Assembly (NCBI GenBank): GCA_045600105.1
Contig: JAZRXG010000041.1
Location: 43,081-107,080, forward strand
Direction: 5' to 3'
DNA length: 64,000 bases
Source of the DNA: Eubacteriales bacterium
GTDB taxonomy: Bacteria; Bacillota; Clostridia; Oscillospirales; CAG-382
Below are positions 9,418-16,679 of the stretch, one piece after another (position 1 is the first letter of the stretch; each line of letters opens with the position of its first letter). A model generated the notes under the pieces. The model was given only the letters and a program-made list of their open reading frames with translations. It did no database searches and was not told the origin of the DNA. Made by a program: the position numbers and the translations under genes.

Positions 9418-11499
9418 ATGAATTTTTCAAACGCGGTAGTAAAACTCAGGATACCGATAATTATCATCATCGTTCTTCTTCTCATTCCGTCCGTTTTCGG
9501 AATGATATCGACGCGCGTCAACTACGATATGCTCACCTATCTTCCCGAGGACATCGAAACGGTAAAAGGTCAGAACGAACTGCTTGATGAATTCGAAAAA
9601 GGTGCCTTCACCTTCATAATATTTGAGGATATGTCGGATGAAGACGTAGTAAAACTCGAAAACAAAATAGCAAAAATCGATCACGTCGATACGGTGCTTT
9701 CGGCAAACAAGCTCGAAAAAATGGCGATACTTCTCGGACTTCCCATCGAACTGATGCCGGCTGAACTTTTTGGATTGTTCAAAAGCGAAAACGCGTCTAT
9801 GATCGCCGTCTTTTTCGACACCACCACCTCAGCCGACGCCACTATGGAAGCGGTCGAAGAGATACGCTCAGCATGCGGAAAGCAATGCTTCGTTTCGGGG
9901 CTTACCGCTCTCGTCGTCGACCTCAAGAATCTGTGTGAAGAAGAAGAGCCCATATACGTCGGTCTTGCCGTCATCCTTGCGCTCGCGGTAATGACGCTGC
10001 TTCTCGACAACTATCTCATCCCTTTCGTTTTCCTCGGTTCGATAGGCGTGATGATACTTCTCAACCTCGGTTCCAACTATTTCTTCGGTGAGATCTCCTA
10101 CATAACCAAGGCGCTCTCCGCCGTCCTCCAGCTTGCTGTCACGATGGACTACTCGATATTCCTCTGGCACAGCTACAACGCAAAATGCGAGACCGAAAGC
10201 GACCGTAAGACCGCGATGGCAAAAGCCATAAGAGAAACGCTTTCGGCAGTCATCGGAAGCTCCGTTACCACGATAGCCGGATTTGCCGCTCTTTGCTTCA
10301 TGGCGTTCACGCTCGGGCGCGACCTCGGAATCGTTATGGCAAAAGGCGTTCTTCTCGGAGTTATCGGCTGCGTCACGTTCCTGCCGTCGCTCATACTCGT
10401 CCTTGACAAGCCGCTCCGCAAAACGCATCACAAGCCGCTTATCCCCGACATAAAGAAATTCTCCGCAAAAATCGTCAAGATATTCCCGGTGTTCCTCATC
10501 GTTTTCGTTATCATCACCATCCCTGCTTATTACGGATACAGCGAAGCAAATGACGAAGTCTACTATGACATCGGTCAATGCCTCCCGCAGGACATAAATT
10601 TCGTCATCGCGAACTCCAAGCTGCGCGATGAATTCGATATCGCGACCACGCACATGGTACTCGCGGACGCCGATTTGCCGACCGAAACAGTTGCCCAAAT
10701 GGTTTCCGAAATGGAAAAGGTCGAAGGCATCAAGCACCTTATCAGCCTTGAATCTGTCCTCGGCACCAAGGTACCGACGGAAGCCGTTCCCGACGCACTC
10801 AAAGGCATGCTGAGAAGCGAAAATTACGAGCTGATTCTCATCAACTCGGTATACCGCGTGGCGAGCGACGAAGTCAACGCACAGATCGACGAACTCGAAT
10901 CCATAATGAAAAAATACGATCCCAAGGGTATGCTCATCGGTGAAGCGCCCTGCACCAAGGACCTCATCGAGACTGCCGACCACGATTTCAGAGTGGTAAC
11001 GTTCATTTCGGTGATCGCCATATTCATCATCATACTGCTCGTCGAAAAGAGCCTCTCGCTTCCCTTCATACTCATCGCCATCATAGAAGTCGGTATTTTC
11101 ATCAACCTCGGACTTCCCCACTATCTCGGTCAGAATATGGCGTTCATAACTCCCATCTGTATCAGTACCATTCAGCTCGGCGCCACAGTCGACTACGCGA
11201 TACTTATGACGACGCGCTATAAATCCGAAAGGATAGGCGGAAAGAACAAATATGACGCGGTTCACACCGCTCTCCATACGTCGTTCCCGTCCATCATCGT
11301 TTCCGGCTTCGGGCTTTTCGCAGCCACCGTCGGTGTCGCGATATATTCCGATATCGAAATAATCAGCTCGATGTGCATGCTTCTCGCAAGAGGCGCGCTT
11401 CTCAGCATGCTGCTCGTGCTGTTCGTGCTCCCCGCGGCGTTCATGTTGTTTGACAAGATCATCTGCAAGACCACGCTGGGCATGACAAAAATAAAATAG
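9418..11499 (+). CDS. MMPL/RND-superfamily transporter
   Basis: 693 aa. Two blocks of about 6 TM helices, each preceded by a soluble loop. Duplicated LQLAVTMDYSIF / IQLGATVDYAILM motifs typical of MMPL proteins. Confidence 0.85.
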   Translation: MNFSNAVVKLRIPIIIIIVLLLIPSVFGMISTRVNYDMLTYLPEDIETVKGQNELLDEFEKGAFTFIIFEDMSDEDVVKLENKIAKIDHVDTVLSANKLEKMAILLGLPIELMPAELFGLFKSENASMIAVFFDTTTSADATMEAVEEIRSACGKQCFVSGLTALVVDLKNLCEEEEPIYVGLAVILALAVMTLLLDNYLIPFVFLGSIGVMILLNLGSNYFFGEISYITKALSAVLQLAVTMDYSIFLWHSYNAKCETESDRKTAMAKAIRETLSAVIGSSVTTIAGFAALCFMAFTLGRDLGIVMAKGVLLGVIGCVTFLPSLILVLDKPLRKTHHKPLIPDIKKFSAKIVKIFPVFLIVFVIITIPAYYGYSEANDEVYYDIGQCLPQDINFVIANSKLRDEFDIATTHMVLADADLPTETVAQMVSEMEKVEGIKHLISLESVLGTKVPTEAVPDALKGMLRSENYELILINSVYRVASDEVNAQIDELESIMKKYDPKGMLIGEAPCTKDLIETADHDFRVVTFISVIAIFIIILLVEKSLSLPFILIAIIEVGIFINLGLPHYLGQNMAFITPICISTIQLGATVDYAILMTTRYKSERIGGKNKYDAVHTALHTSFPSIIVSGFGLFAATVGVAIYSDIEIISSMCMLLARGALLSMLLVLFVLPAAFMLFDKIICKTTLGMTKIK

Positions 11500-11513
11500 C
11501 AAAAACGCAATGC

Positions 11514-11549
11514 AAAAGACCTTCAGGTTGCCCGAAGGTCTTTTGTTTT
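11514..11549. terminator. Bidirectional intrinsic terminator
   Basis: AAAAGACCTTC ... GAAGGTCTTTTGTTTT between the convergent MMPL and lipoprotein genes. Confidence 0.7.
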
Positions 11550-11558
11550 GTCGTTATA

Positions 11559-14500
11559 TCAATAGCTGAAAAGCGAGGTCGAAGGAACCGATCTGTCGTT
11601 GGAACCGTTTGTCGATGCCCATGTCGAATCAGCACCGTCGATATACTGGATCTTCACGCCTATCGCTCCGCCGTTACCGCTTTCGGGAGTCTTGATGCCG
11701 ATGGCGTCAAACGGAACGGTGACGAGAACGTAATCGTCGACCGACTCAACATTGAAAAGATCAAGTTTTATCTTATCCGAGCCTTCGCCGCCATTTGCCC
11801 AGCCTTTGGACTGTCTGTGCGCGTAGAATCTTATGCCGTAATCGCTCTGCGATACGTCGCCGACGGTAGTGCCGTCAGCAGTCATCCATATCTGAACAAG
11901 GTCGTCCTTGCCTTCCCACCATTGTCCTTTGCCATAGCTTGCGGTTTCGTCATTCGTCTTGATGACGATATAAAGGTCATTGTCGTCATAGCAGAGCGCG
12001 AACTCGGGAGTTCCCGCTTTGTTGCCCGCCTGGAACGCCTTGTAATCAAGTGACGTCACGTCGTTGATCGTAATTGTCTTTTTCTTCAGGAATCCTTCGT
12101 TATACTTGGTATCGTGCTTGACGGGATCCACGTTCTGATTGCCGTTCGACCTTTCCACGACTCTGCCGTCGTCGTTTATAACGACGGGTGAATCGGCGTC
12201 GTCTCCGGCTTTGTCAAGAGACGCGAAAGTCGAATAGTAACGTATGTAATCACGCATTATCCTCGTCTTGTAATACGCTTTTTCGTTATTTACGGGGGTT
12301 ACGGGGTACTGAGTGAAGTAGTGCGGGATATCGAATACGATTATCGTGCCCGAAAGCTTGGCTTCGATGCCGAGCGTTTTGACGAGCTCGTCGTAACGCT
12401 TGGAAGTGTATATCTGTTCAAACACCTCGGCGTCGTGCCAGAATTCGGCGCCTGCGCGTCTGACCGCCTTTGCCCATTCGGTGCAGTAGGTATTGAACGA
12501 ATCGTAGGTATTCTTGGGTACCGTAAGCTCGCTCGTTCTGCCGAGGCAATCCTGAGCCGCTACGATGTCCACCACGGGCCTTTCGCCGTCATTGTCGGGT
12601 GCTATAAGGCGATAGAGGTTATCTGCGCCCTTGACAGCGTCACCGCTTCTCCAGATGGCAGGCGCGATCATCACTTTGGCGTCGGGAGCGATCTCGTGAA
12701 TGTAATCGGACTGTCCTTTGTAGACTATCCTTCCGGCTTCGACGCCGCCGTTGTAGTTGAGCCACTGGTCGCATTCCTCGTCCGAGAGATAATAACCGGC
12801 AAACGATTCGTGGTGTGAATACTTTTCGTATATGTCCTTGATGACGGGCTTCGACGCTTCGACGATGTCGTAATAGAACGGCTTGTTGGTGATTGGAGAG
12901 TTGAAATCGCTGTCGTGTATGGTGCCGAGGTAAACTTCCATTCCGAGCTTGTCGGCAGCGGTAAGTATCGCCTCGTATACATCTGCCGAGCCGTAGCCGC
13001 CTACGTATCTGAATCCTGCCTTCAGCGCGTTTTCTCCATTGACGAGAGTGGTCTTTGCGTTGAAGTTCGCGGTGTACTGCATTACGACGTAATCCATCCC
13101 GAGGTCCTTCATGCCCTTGAGCATAAGATACCACGAATAGTCGCTGTTTTCGGACGACGCGCCGCCGCCGTTGCCGCCGGTAGGCATCTGGAAGAAGCCG
13201 CCTCTTACAATAGGAAGCTGAGCCCTTCCTTCGTATATCGAAACTTCGGTGAGGCTCGTCTTGGTGTCTGAGTCGAATTCGACCGTCACCTTGCTGCCGG
13301 GGAGAGCGTCAAAATAAATATTGAAGTTCGTTTCGCTTCCGACTTCGGTCTTATATGTCGTGATCCCCGTTGCTTCCTTGCCGTCCACCTTGACAACAAC
13401 GTTGTCGGCGGTGCATTTTTTGCCGGTGAGCGTAACGCCGCAGATGGCTTTGCATTCGGAAGATGCGGTTATCTCGAGAGTGTTCCTGCCGTCGGCGCAT
13501 TTGACGGACGAAGAGAAGGTCATATCGACGAGCGTCTTGGAGTCGGTTCCGTTAAGAGACGCTTTCGAGAACGCCGCGACGTTCGAATTGGAGAACTGAT
13601 TCTTTCTGTTTATGAATCCGTAGTCGGGTTCGCTCACCTCGTTCTCCGCGCCGTAAACGTAAACCTCATCGGTGAGGAAGGTGCCGCTTATGTAATCGTA
13701 TATTCTGATGTATCTTGCTTTTACGGTGTGGTTGCGCGTGACGCAGTAAACGTTGCAGGCGCTTCCCTTCTGTCCGTCGGTGCTTCTGAGGAACGACTGA
13801 CCGAAGTCCGTCCAATTTTCACCGTCGGAAGAATATCTTACGTCTATCTTGTCAGGGAGAGTGACCGACGTTCTTGCCGGACGGTACGCTTTGACGTACA
13901 ATTCGGAAACGTTCTTTATCTCTCCGAGATCAAGCGTGAGAACCGCTCCGGTCTTGCCCGTGAGGTCGTCCTTGACGCTGCCGTTTATGACCGTGATAGT
14001 ATCTTCGGACACGCCGTCAAAAGAAACGCCGTCGGTGAGTTTTGTGCCGTTTTCGTCGGGATATTTGGTGCTGCCTTTTCCGTCGTAGCTGTACTTCGCG
14101 CCCTTTGAAACAAGTATCTTCTCGGCGCTTTTGGTGCCGTATACGGCAATGTCGGAAATCTTTATTTCTTCGCCTGCGTCAAGCGGGAAAACGAACATTA
14201 TTCCCTTTGCCGTGAAAGCGATATCAACCGAAAGCACGTTTCCGCTGTATTCGCCCATCTTTCCGGCGTAAAACGAATAGTTGTATCCGTCGGTAGAATA
14301 GAATATCTCGCATTCTTTTCCCGAATACTGCTCGAACGTGACGGCGAATTTGGTAACGTCAGCCATAAAGCCGAGGTCGACGCTGATCGCCGCGCAGTCG
14401 TTTACGAGTTTTTCTTTTCTCGGGCTGCTGTTCCAGTCAACGAACGAAAGCTCGTATCCCTTGCCGTCCTTGTCGAACGCGTGGGCGAGAGTGACCGAGG

Positions 14501-14768
14501 CGTCGTTTTTTCCGTCCGTGAGAACGGTCGCGGTATTGTCGCCTGTTATGGTGATCCCGCAGTCGTAAAAATACGGGCATCCGTATGCAATGTTTCCTTT
14601 ATCCACGGGTATATCCTCCGAAGCTTCAGACGTTTCCGCTTGTGATGTGACGCCGGACTGTTCGCCCGGCGTTTCCGATACTTCTCCGCCGCTTCCTCCG
14701 CATGACGCAAGGCAAAGCGAGCTGAGCAAAAGTGTCGTGACGAGCAAACGTGAAATCGCTTTTTTCAT
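11559..14768 (-). CDS. Large lipoprotein with discoidin-like domains, a DUF4434-like glycoside-hydrolase-like barrel and a CBM9-like C-terminus
   Basis: The ORF track starts at 14807. I prefer ATG at 14768 (MKKAISRLL...LASCGGSGG lipobox) with AGGAGG 7 nt upstream. The segment GMDYVVMQYTANFN...LGMEVYLGT resembles DUF4434. Domain names are from memory. Confidence 0.7.
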   Translation of the reverse strand: MKKAISRLLVTTLLLSSLCLASCGGSGGEVSETPGEQSGVTSQAETSEASEDIPVDKGNIAYGCPYFYDCGITITGDNTATVLTDGKNDASVTLAHAFDKDGKGYELSFVDWNSSPRKEKLVNDCAAISVDLGFMADVTKFAVTFEQYSGKECEIFYSTDGYNYSFYAGKMGEYSGNVLSVDIAFTAKGIMFVFPLDAGEEIKISDIAVYGTKSAEKILVSKGAKYSYDGKGSTKYPDENGTKLTDGVSFDGVSEDTITVINGSVKDDLTGKTGAVLTLDLGEIKNVSELYVKAYRPARTSVTLPDKIDVRYSSDGENWTDFGQSFLRSTDGQKGSACNVYCVTRNHTVKARYIRIYDYISGTFLTDEVYVYGAENEVSEPDYGFINRKNQFSNSNVAAFSKASLNGTDSKTLVDMTFSSSVKCADGRNTLEITASSECKAICGVTLTGKKCTADNVVVKVDGKEATGITTYKTEVGSETNFNIYFDALPGSKVTVEFDSDTKTSLTEVSIYEGRAQLPIVRGGFFQMPTGGNGGGASSENSDYSWYLMLKGMKDLGMDYVVMQYTANFNAKTTLVNGENALKAGFRYVGGYGSADVYEAILTAADKLGMEVYLGTIHDSDFNSPITNKPFYYDIVEASKPVIKDIYEKYSHHESFAGYYLSDEECDQWLNYNGGVEAGRIVYKGQSDYIHEIAPDAKVMIAPAIWRSGDAVKGADNLYRLIAPDNDGERPVVDIVAAQDCLGRTSELTVPKNTYDSFNTYCTEWAKAVRRAGAEFWHDAEVFEQIYTSKRYDELVKTLGIEAKLSGTIIVFDIPHYFTQYPVTPVNNEKAYYKTRIMRDYIRYYSTFASLDKAGDDADSPVVINDDGRVVERSNGNQNVDPVKHDTKYNEGFLKKKTITINDVTSLDYKAFQAGNKAGTPEFALCYDDNDLYIVIKTNDETASYGKGQWWEGKDDLVQIWMTADGTTVGDVSQSDYGIRFYAHRQSKGWANGGEGSDKIKLDLFNVESVDDYVLVTVPFDAIGIKTPESGNGGAIGVKIQYIDGADSTWASTNGSNDRSVPSTSLFSY

Positions 14769-14892
14769 AGACGCACCTCCTGATTTTATGATTATATAAT
14801 ACCACAAAATATCAAAATGTCAATGACGAGGTTCGAGAAAGTAGCGAAACCGTCTTGACAAAACGCATCCACGGTGGTATTATATACAAGTC

Positions 14893-14966
14893 GCAGGCGT
14901 AGTTTAGTGGTAGAATTTCAGCTTCCCAAGCTGACTGTGCGGGTCCGATTCCCGTCGCCTGCTCCA
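14893..14966 (+). tRNA. tRNA-Gly (anticodon CCC)
   Basis: Hand-folded cloverleaf. Acceptor GCAGGCG/CGCCTGC, anticodon stem TCAGC/GCTGA with loop TTCCCAA, T stem GCGGG/CCCGT, discriminator T and encoded CCA. The T-loop reads TCCGATT rather than the usual TTCGATT. Confidence 0.88.
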
Positions 14967-15059
14967 ATAAAAATGCGCTTGTATTGAAACGGTGTTCTAA
15001 AGGACAGTTACAAAGTACAAATGCCTCATAAGTGGTGAGTAAGTGCGCACTTATTAAAG

Positions 15060-15095
15060 AAACAGACTGATAAATCAAAATATCAGTCTGTTTTT
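15060..15095 (+). terminator. Intrinsic terminator downstream of tRNA-Gly
   Basis: AACAGACTGATA (15061-15072) / TATCAGTCTGTT (15081-15092), followed by a T-run ending at 15095. Confidence 0.7.
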
Positions 15096-15132
15096 AGTTT
15101 TCAGCAGGTGTTTATTTCGACATAGCATTTTA

Positions 15133-15306
15133 GTGATGTTTGCCCTGACGGGCAAGTGATGTTGTTCGCTATGCTCACAGTGATGTTTTTGCTTCGCAAA
15201 AGTGATGTGATGTGTTCCACTCACGCGCCGTCGAGGCGCACATCACTCGCCACAAGCGAACATCACGCCGTAAGGTACATCACGTTCCACGCAGTGGAAC
15301 ACATCG
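15133..15306. repeat. Mirror-ordered heptamer/hairpin array (4x GTGATGT, apical hairpin, 3x ACATCAC plus ACATCG)
   Basis: GTGATGT at 15133, 15156, 15180 and 15202. ACATCAC at 15240, 15260 and 15277, and ACATCG at 15301. Each interval holds a distinct short stem-loop. Central hairpin GCGCC-GTCGA-GGCGC at 15225-15239. Confidence 0.85.
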
Positions 15307-15355
15307 TTCGCCGAGTGTCCTTAAGAGCACTCGGCGTTTGCAAGTGCTTTTTTGA

Positions 15356-15415
15356 ATGATGTTTGCCCTTTCGGGCAAATGATGTACGCTTCGCGTATGA
15401 TGCTGCCTTCGGCAA
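15356..15415. repeat. Second block of three ATGATG(T)+hairpin units
   Basis: ATGATGT at 15356 and 15379, and ATGATG at 15397. These are followed by TTGCCC-TTTC-GGGCAA, ACGC-TTC-GCGT and TGCC-TTC-GGCA. 15357-15385 matches 15134-15162 at 26 of 29 positions. Confidence 0.8.
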
Positions 15416-15420
15416 AGAGA

Positions 15421-15452
15421 CTCCCACTGCCCTATTCAAACGGCAGTGGGAG
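15421..15452 (-). terminator. Probable terminator hairpin of the polyamine operon
   Basis: Perfect 11-bp stem CTCCCACTGCC (15421-15431) / GGCAGTGGGAG (15442-15452), 13 nt beyond the stop of the last operon gene. The U-tract on the minus strand is weak (TCTCTTT). Confidence 0.5.
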
Positions 15453-15464
15453 TTTATATATATA

Positions 15465-16679
15465 TCAATTCTTCTGTTTTTTGCCGAGACGATTTTTGAA
15501 ATCCTGATATCCGAAATCCGTCAGCTTTTTCAGTTCCCCGGATTCCGTTCGTAACCAAATGTCCGGAAGCTGCATTCCGTTGAATGTGTTGTTTTTACAG
15601 GTCGTATAAATCGCCATATCTCCGAATGTCAAAACCTTTCCTTCCTTCAAAGGCGCATCAAAGCTGTAATCGCCGATCACATCCCCGGACAGACAGGTAG
15701 GTCCGCCCAGACGATAGCAATATGGTTTTTCGCCGTCTTCTCCGGTTCCGAAGAGCGGCGGTCGATACGGCATTTCCAAAACATCCGGCGTATGGCAGGC
15801 GGCACTCATATCCAGAATCGCAAGCTGTATATTGCCGTTTTTCGGAAAGTCGAGTACCCGCGTGACGAGGTATCCCGCATTCAGTGCCCATGCCTCACCG
15901 GGTTCCAGATATACTTCCGTTCCCCATTTTTCCCGTGCGTAACGGATGCAGCGTTCCAGTCTCGGAATGTCATAGCCCGGACGTGTAATGTGATGGCCTC
16001 CACCGAAATTCACCCATTTCAGACCGGGGAGAATATCGCCGAACTTATCCTCAACGGCATACAGCGTGGTTTCCAATGCATCGGAATCCTGCTCGCACAG
16101 CGTATGGAAATGCAGACCGTCCAGAAGGGCGCACAATTCACCCGTCATGGACTCATTCCACTGCTGACGTGTCGTTCCGAGACGGCTGCCGGGCGCGCAG
16201 GGGTCATATATATCATGTCCCTCCTGCGTGGAGCATTCCGGATTGATGCGCAGACCAACTGATTTTCCCGCAGCCTTTGCCAAGGCGCCGAATTTTTCAA
16301 GCTGTCGGGGAGAATTGAATACGATATGATCGGCATACCGCAAAAGCTCGCCGAAATCCTGTTCTCGGTAGGCGGCACAGAAGACATGTACCTCTTTTCC
16401 GGGCATTTCTTCCGCGCCGAGATGTGCTTCAAAAAGACCGCTTGCCTCGGTGCCGGTCAGATAAGGGGAAAGCACAGGATAGAGGTCGAAATTGGAAAAA
16501 GCCTTCTGCGCGAGGAGGAATCTGGCGCCGGTTCGCTTCGCCGTTTCGGAAATCAGTTCTCCGTTGCGGCGAAGCTTTGCTTCATCCAGAATATACGCAG
16601 GTGTCGGAATGCCGCGAAAAAGCTCTGACGGATCTTTGCCGTCGAGTGATGCAAAAGGCGCGCGATGATCTGCAGCCAT
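15465..16679 (-). CDS. nspC: Carboxynorspermidine/carboxyspermidine decarboxylase
   Basis: 404 aa. The N-terminal IPTPAYILDEAKLRRN and overall alanine-racemase-fold PLP decarboxylase pattern match remembered CANSDC sequences. Its start overlaps the upstream stop by 1 nt. Confidence 0.88.
   Translation of the reverse strand: MAADHRAPFASLDGKDPSELFRGIPTPAYILDEAKLRRNGELISETAKRTGARFLLAQKAFSNFDLYPVLSPYLTGTEASGLFEAHLGAEEMPGKEVHVFCAAYREQDFGELLRYADHIVFNSPRQLEKFGALAKAAGKSVGLRINPECSTQEGHDIYDPCAPGSRLGTTRQQWNESMTGELCALLDGLHFHTLCEQDSDALETTLYAVEDKFGDILPGLKWVNFGGGHHITRPGYDIPRLERCIRYAREKWGTEVYLEPGEAWALNAGYLVTRVLDFPKNGNIQLAILDMSAACHTPDVLEMPYRPPLFGTGEDGEKPYCYRLGGPTCLSGDVIGDYSFDAPLKEGKVLTFGDMAIYTTCKNNTFNGMQLPDIWLRTESGELKKLTDFGYQDFKNRLGKKQKN

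Noticed and set aside
9868-11502. 544-aa ORF antisense to the MMPL transporter gene
   Set aside because: A shadow frame of a strongly supported membrane-protein gene. Its composition (runs of D/E/R/G/H) is not protein-like and there are no translation signals.
14812-15078. 88-aa minus-strand ORF
   Set aside because: It runs antisense through the tRNA-Gly gene and its terminator, and has no translation signals.
15133-15415. The array as CRISPR, REP/BIME or integron attC sites
   Set aside because: The conserved unit is only 7 nt. The variable parts are self-complementary hairpins rather than unique spacers, and no cas, RAYT/TnpA or integrase gene is in the window. In REP elements the palindrome itself is conserved, which is the reverse of what is seen here. 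attC core sites (GTTRRRY) are absent.
14893-15464. tRNA-Gly 3' flank as a prophage or genomic-island integration scar
   Set aside because: I could not find a direct repeat of the tRNA 3' end downstream. There is no integrase or mobile gene nearby, and the flanking genes are core metabolism.
15156-15554. ORFs 15156-15359 and 15363-15554 inside the hairpin array
   Set aside because: The reading frames are by-products of the repeated GTGATG (Val-Met) heptamers. There is no RBS, the second ORF runs into the antisense of nspC, and nucleic-acid structure is the more economical explanation.
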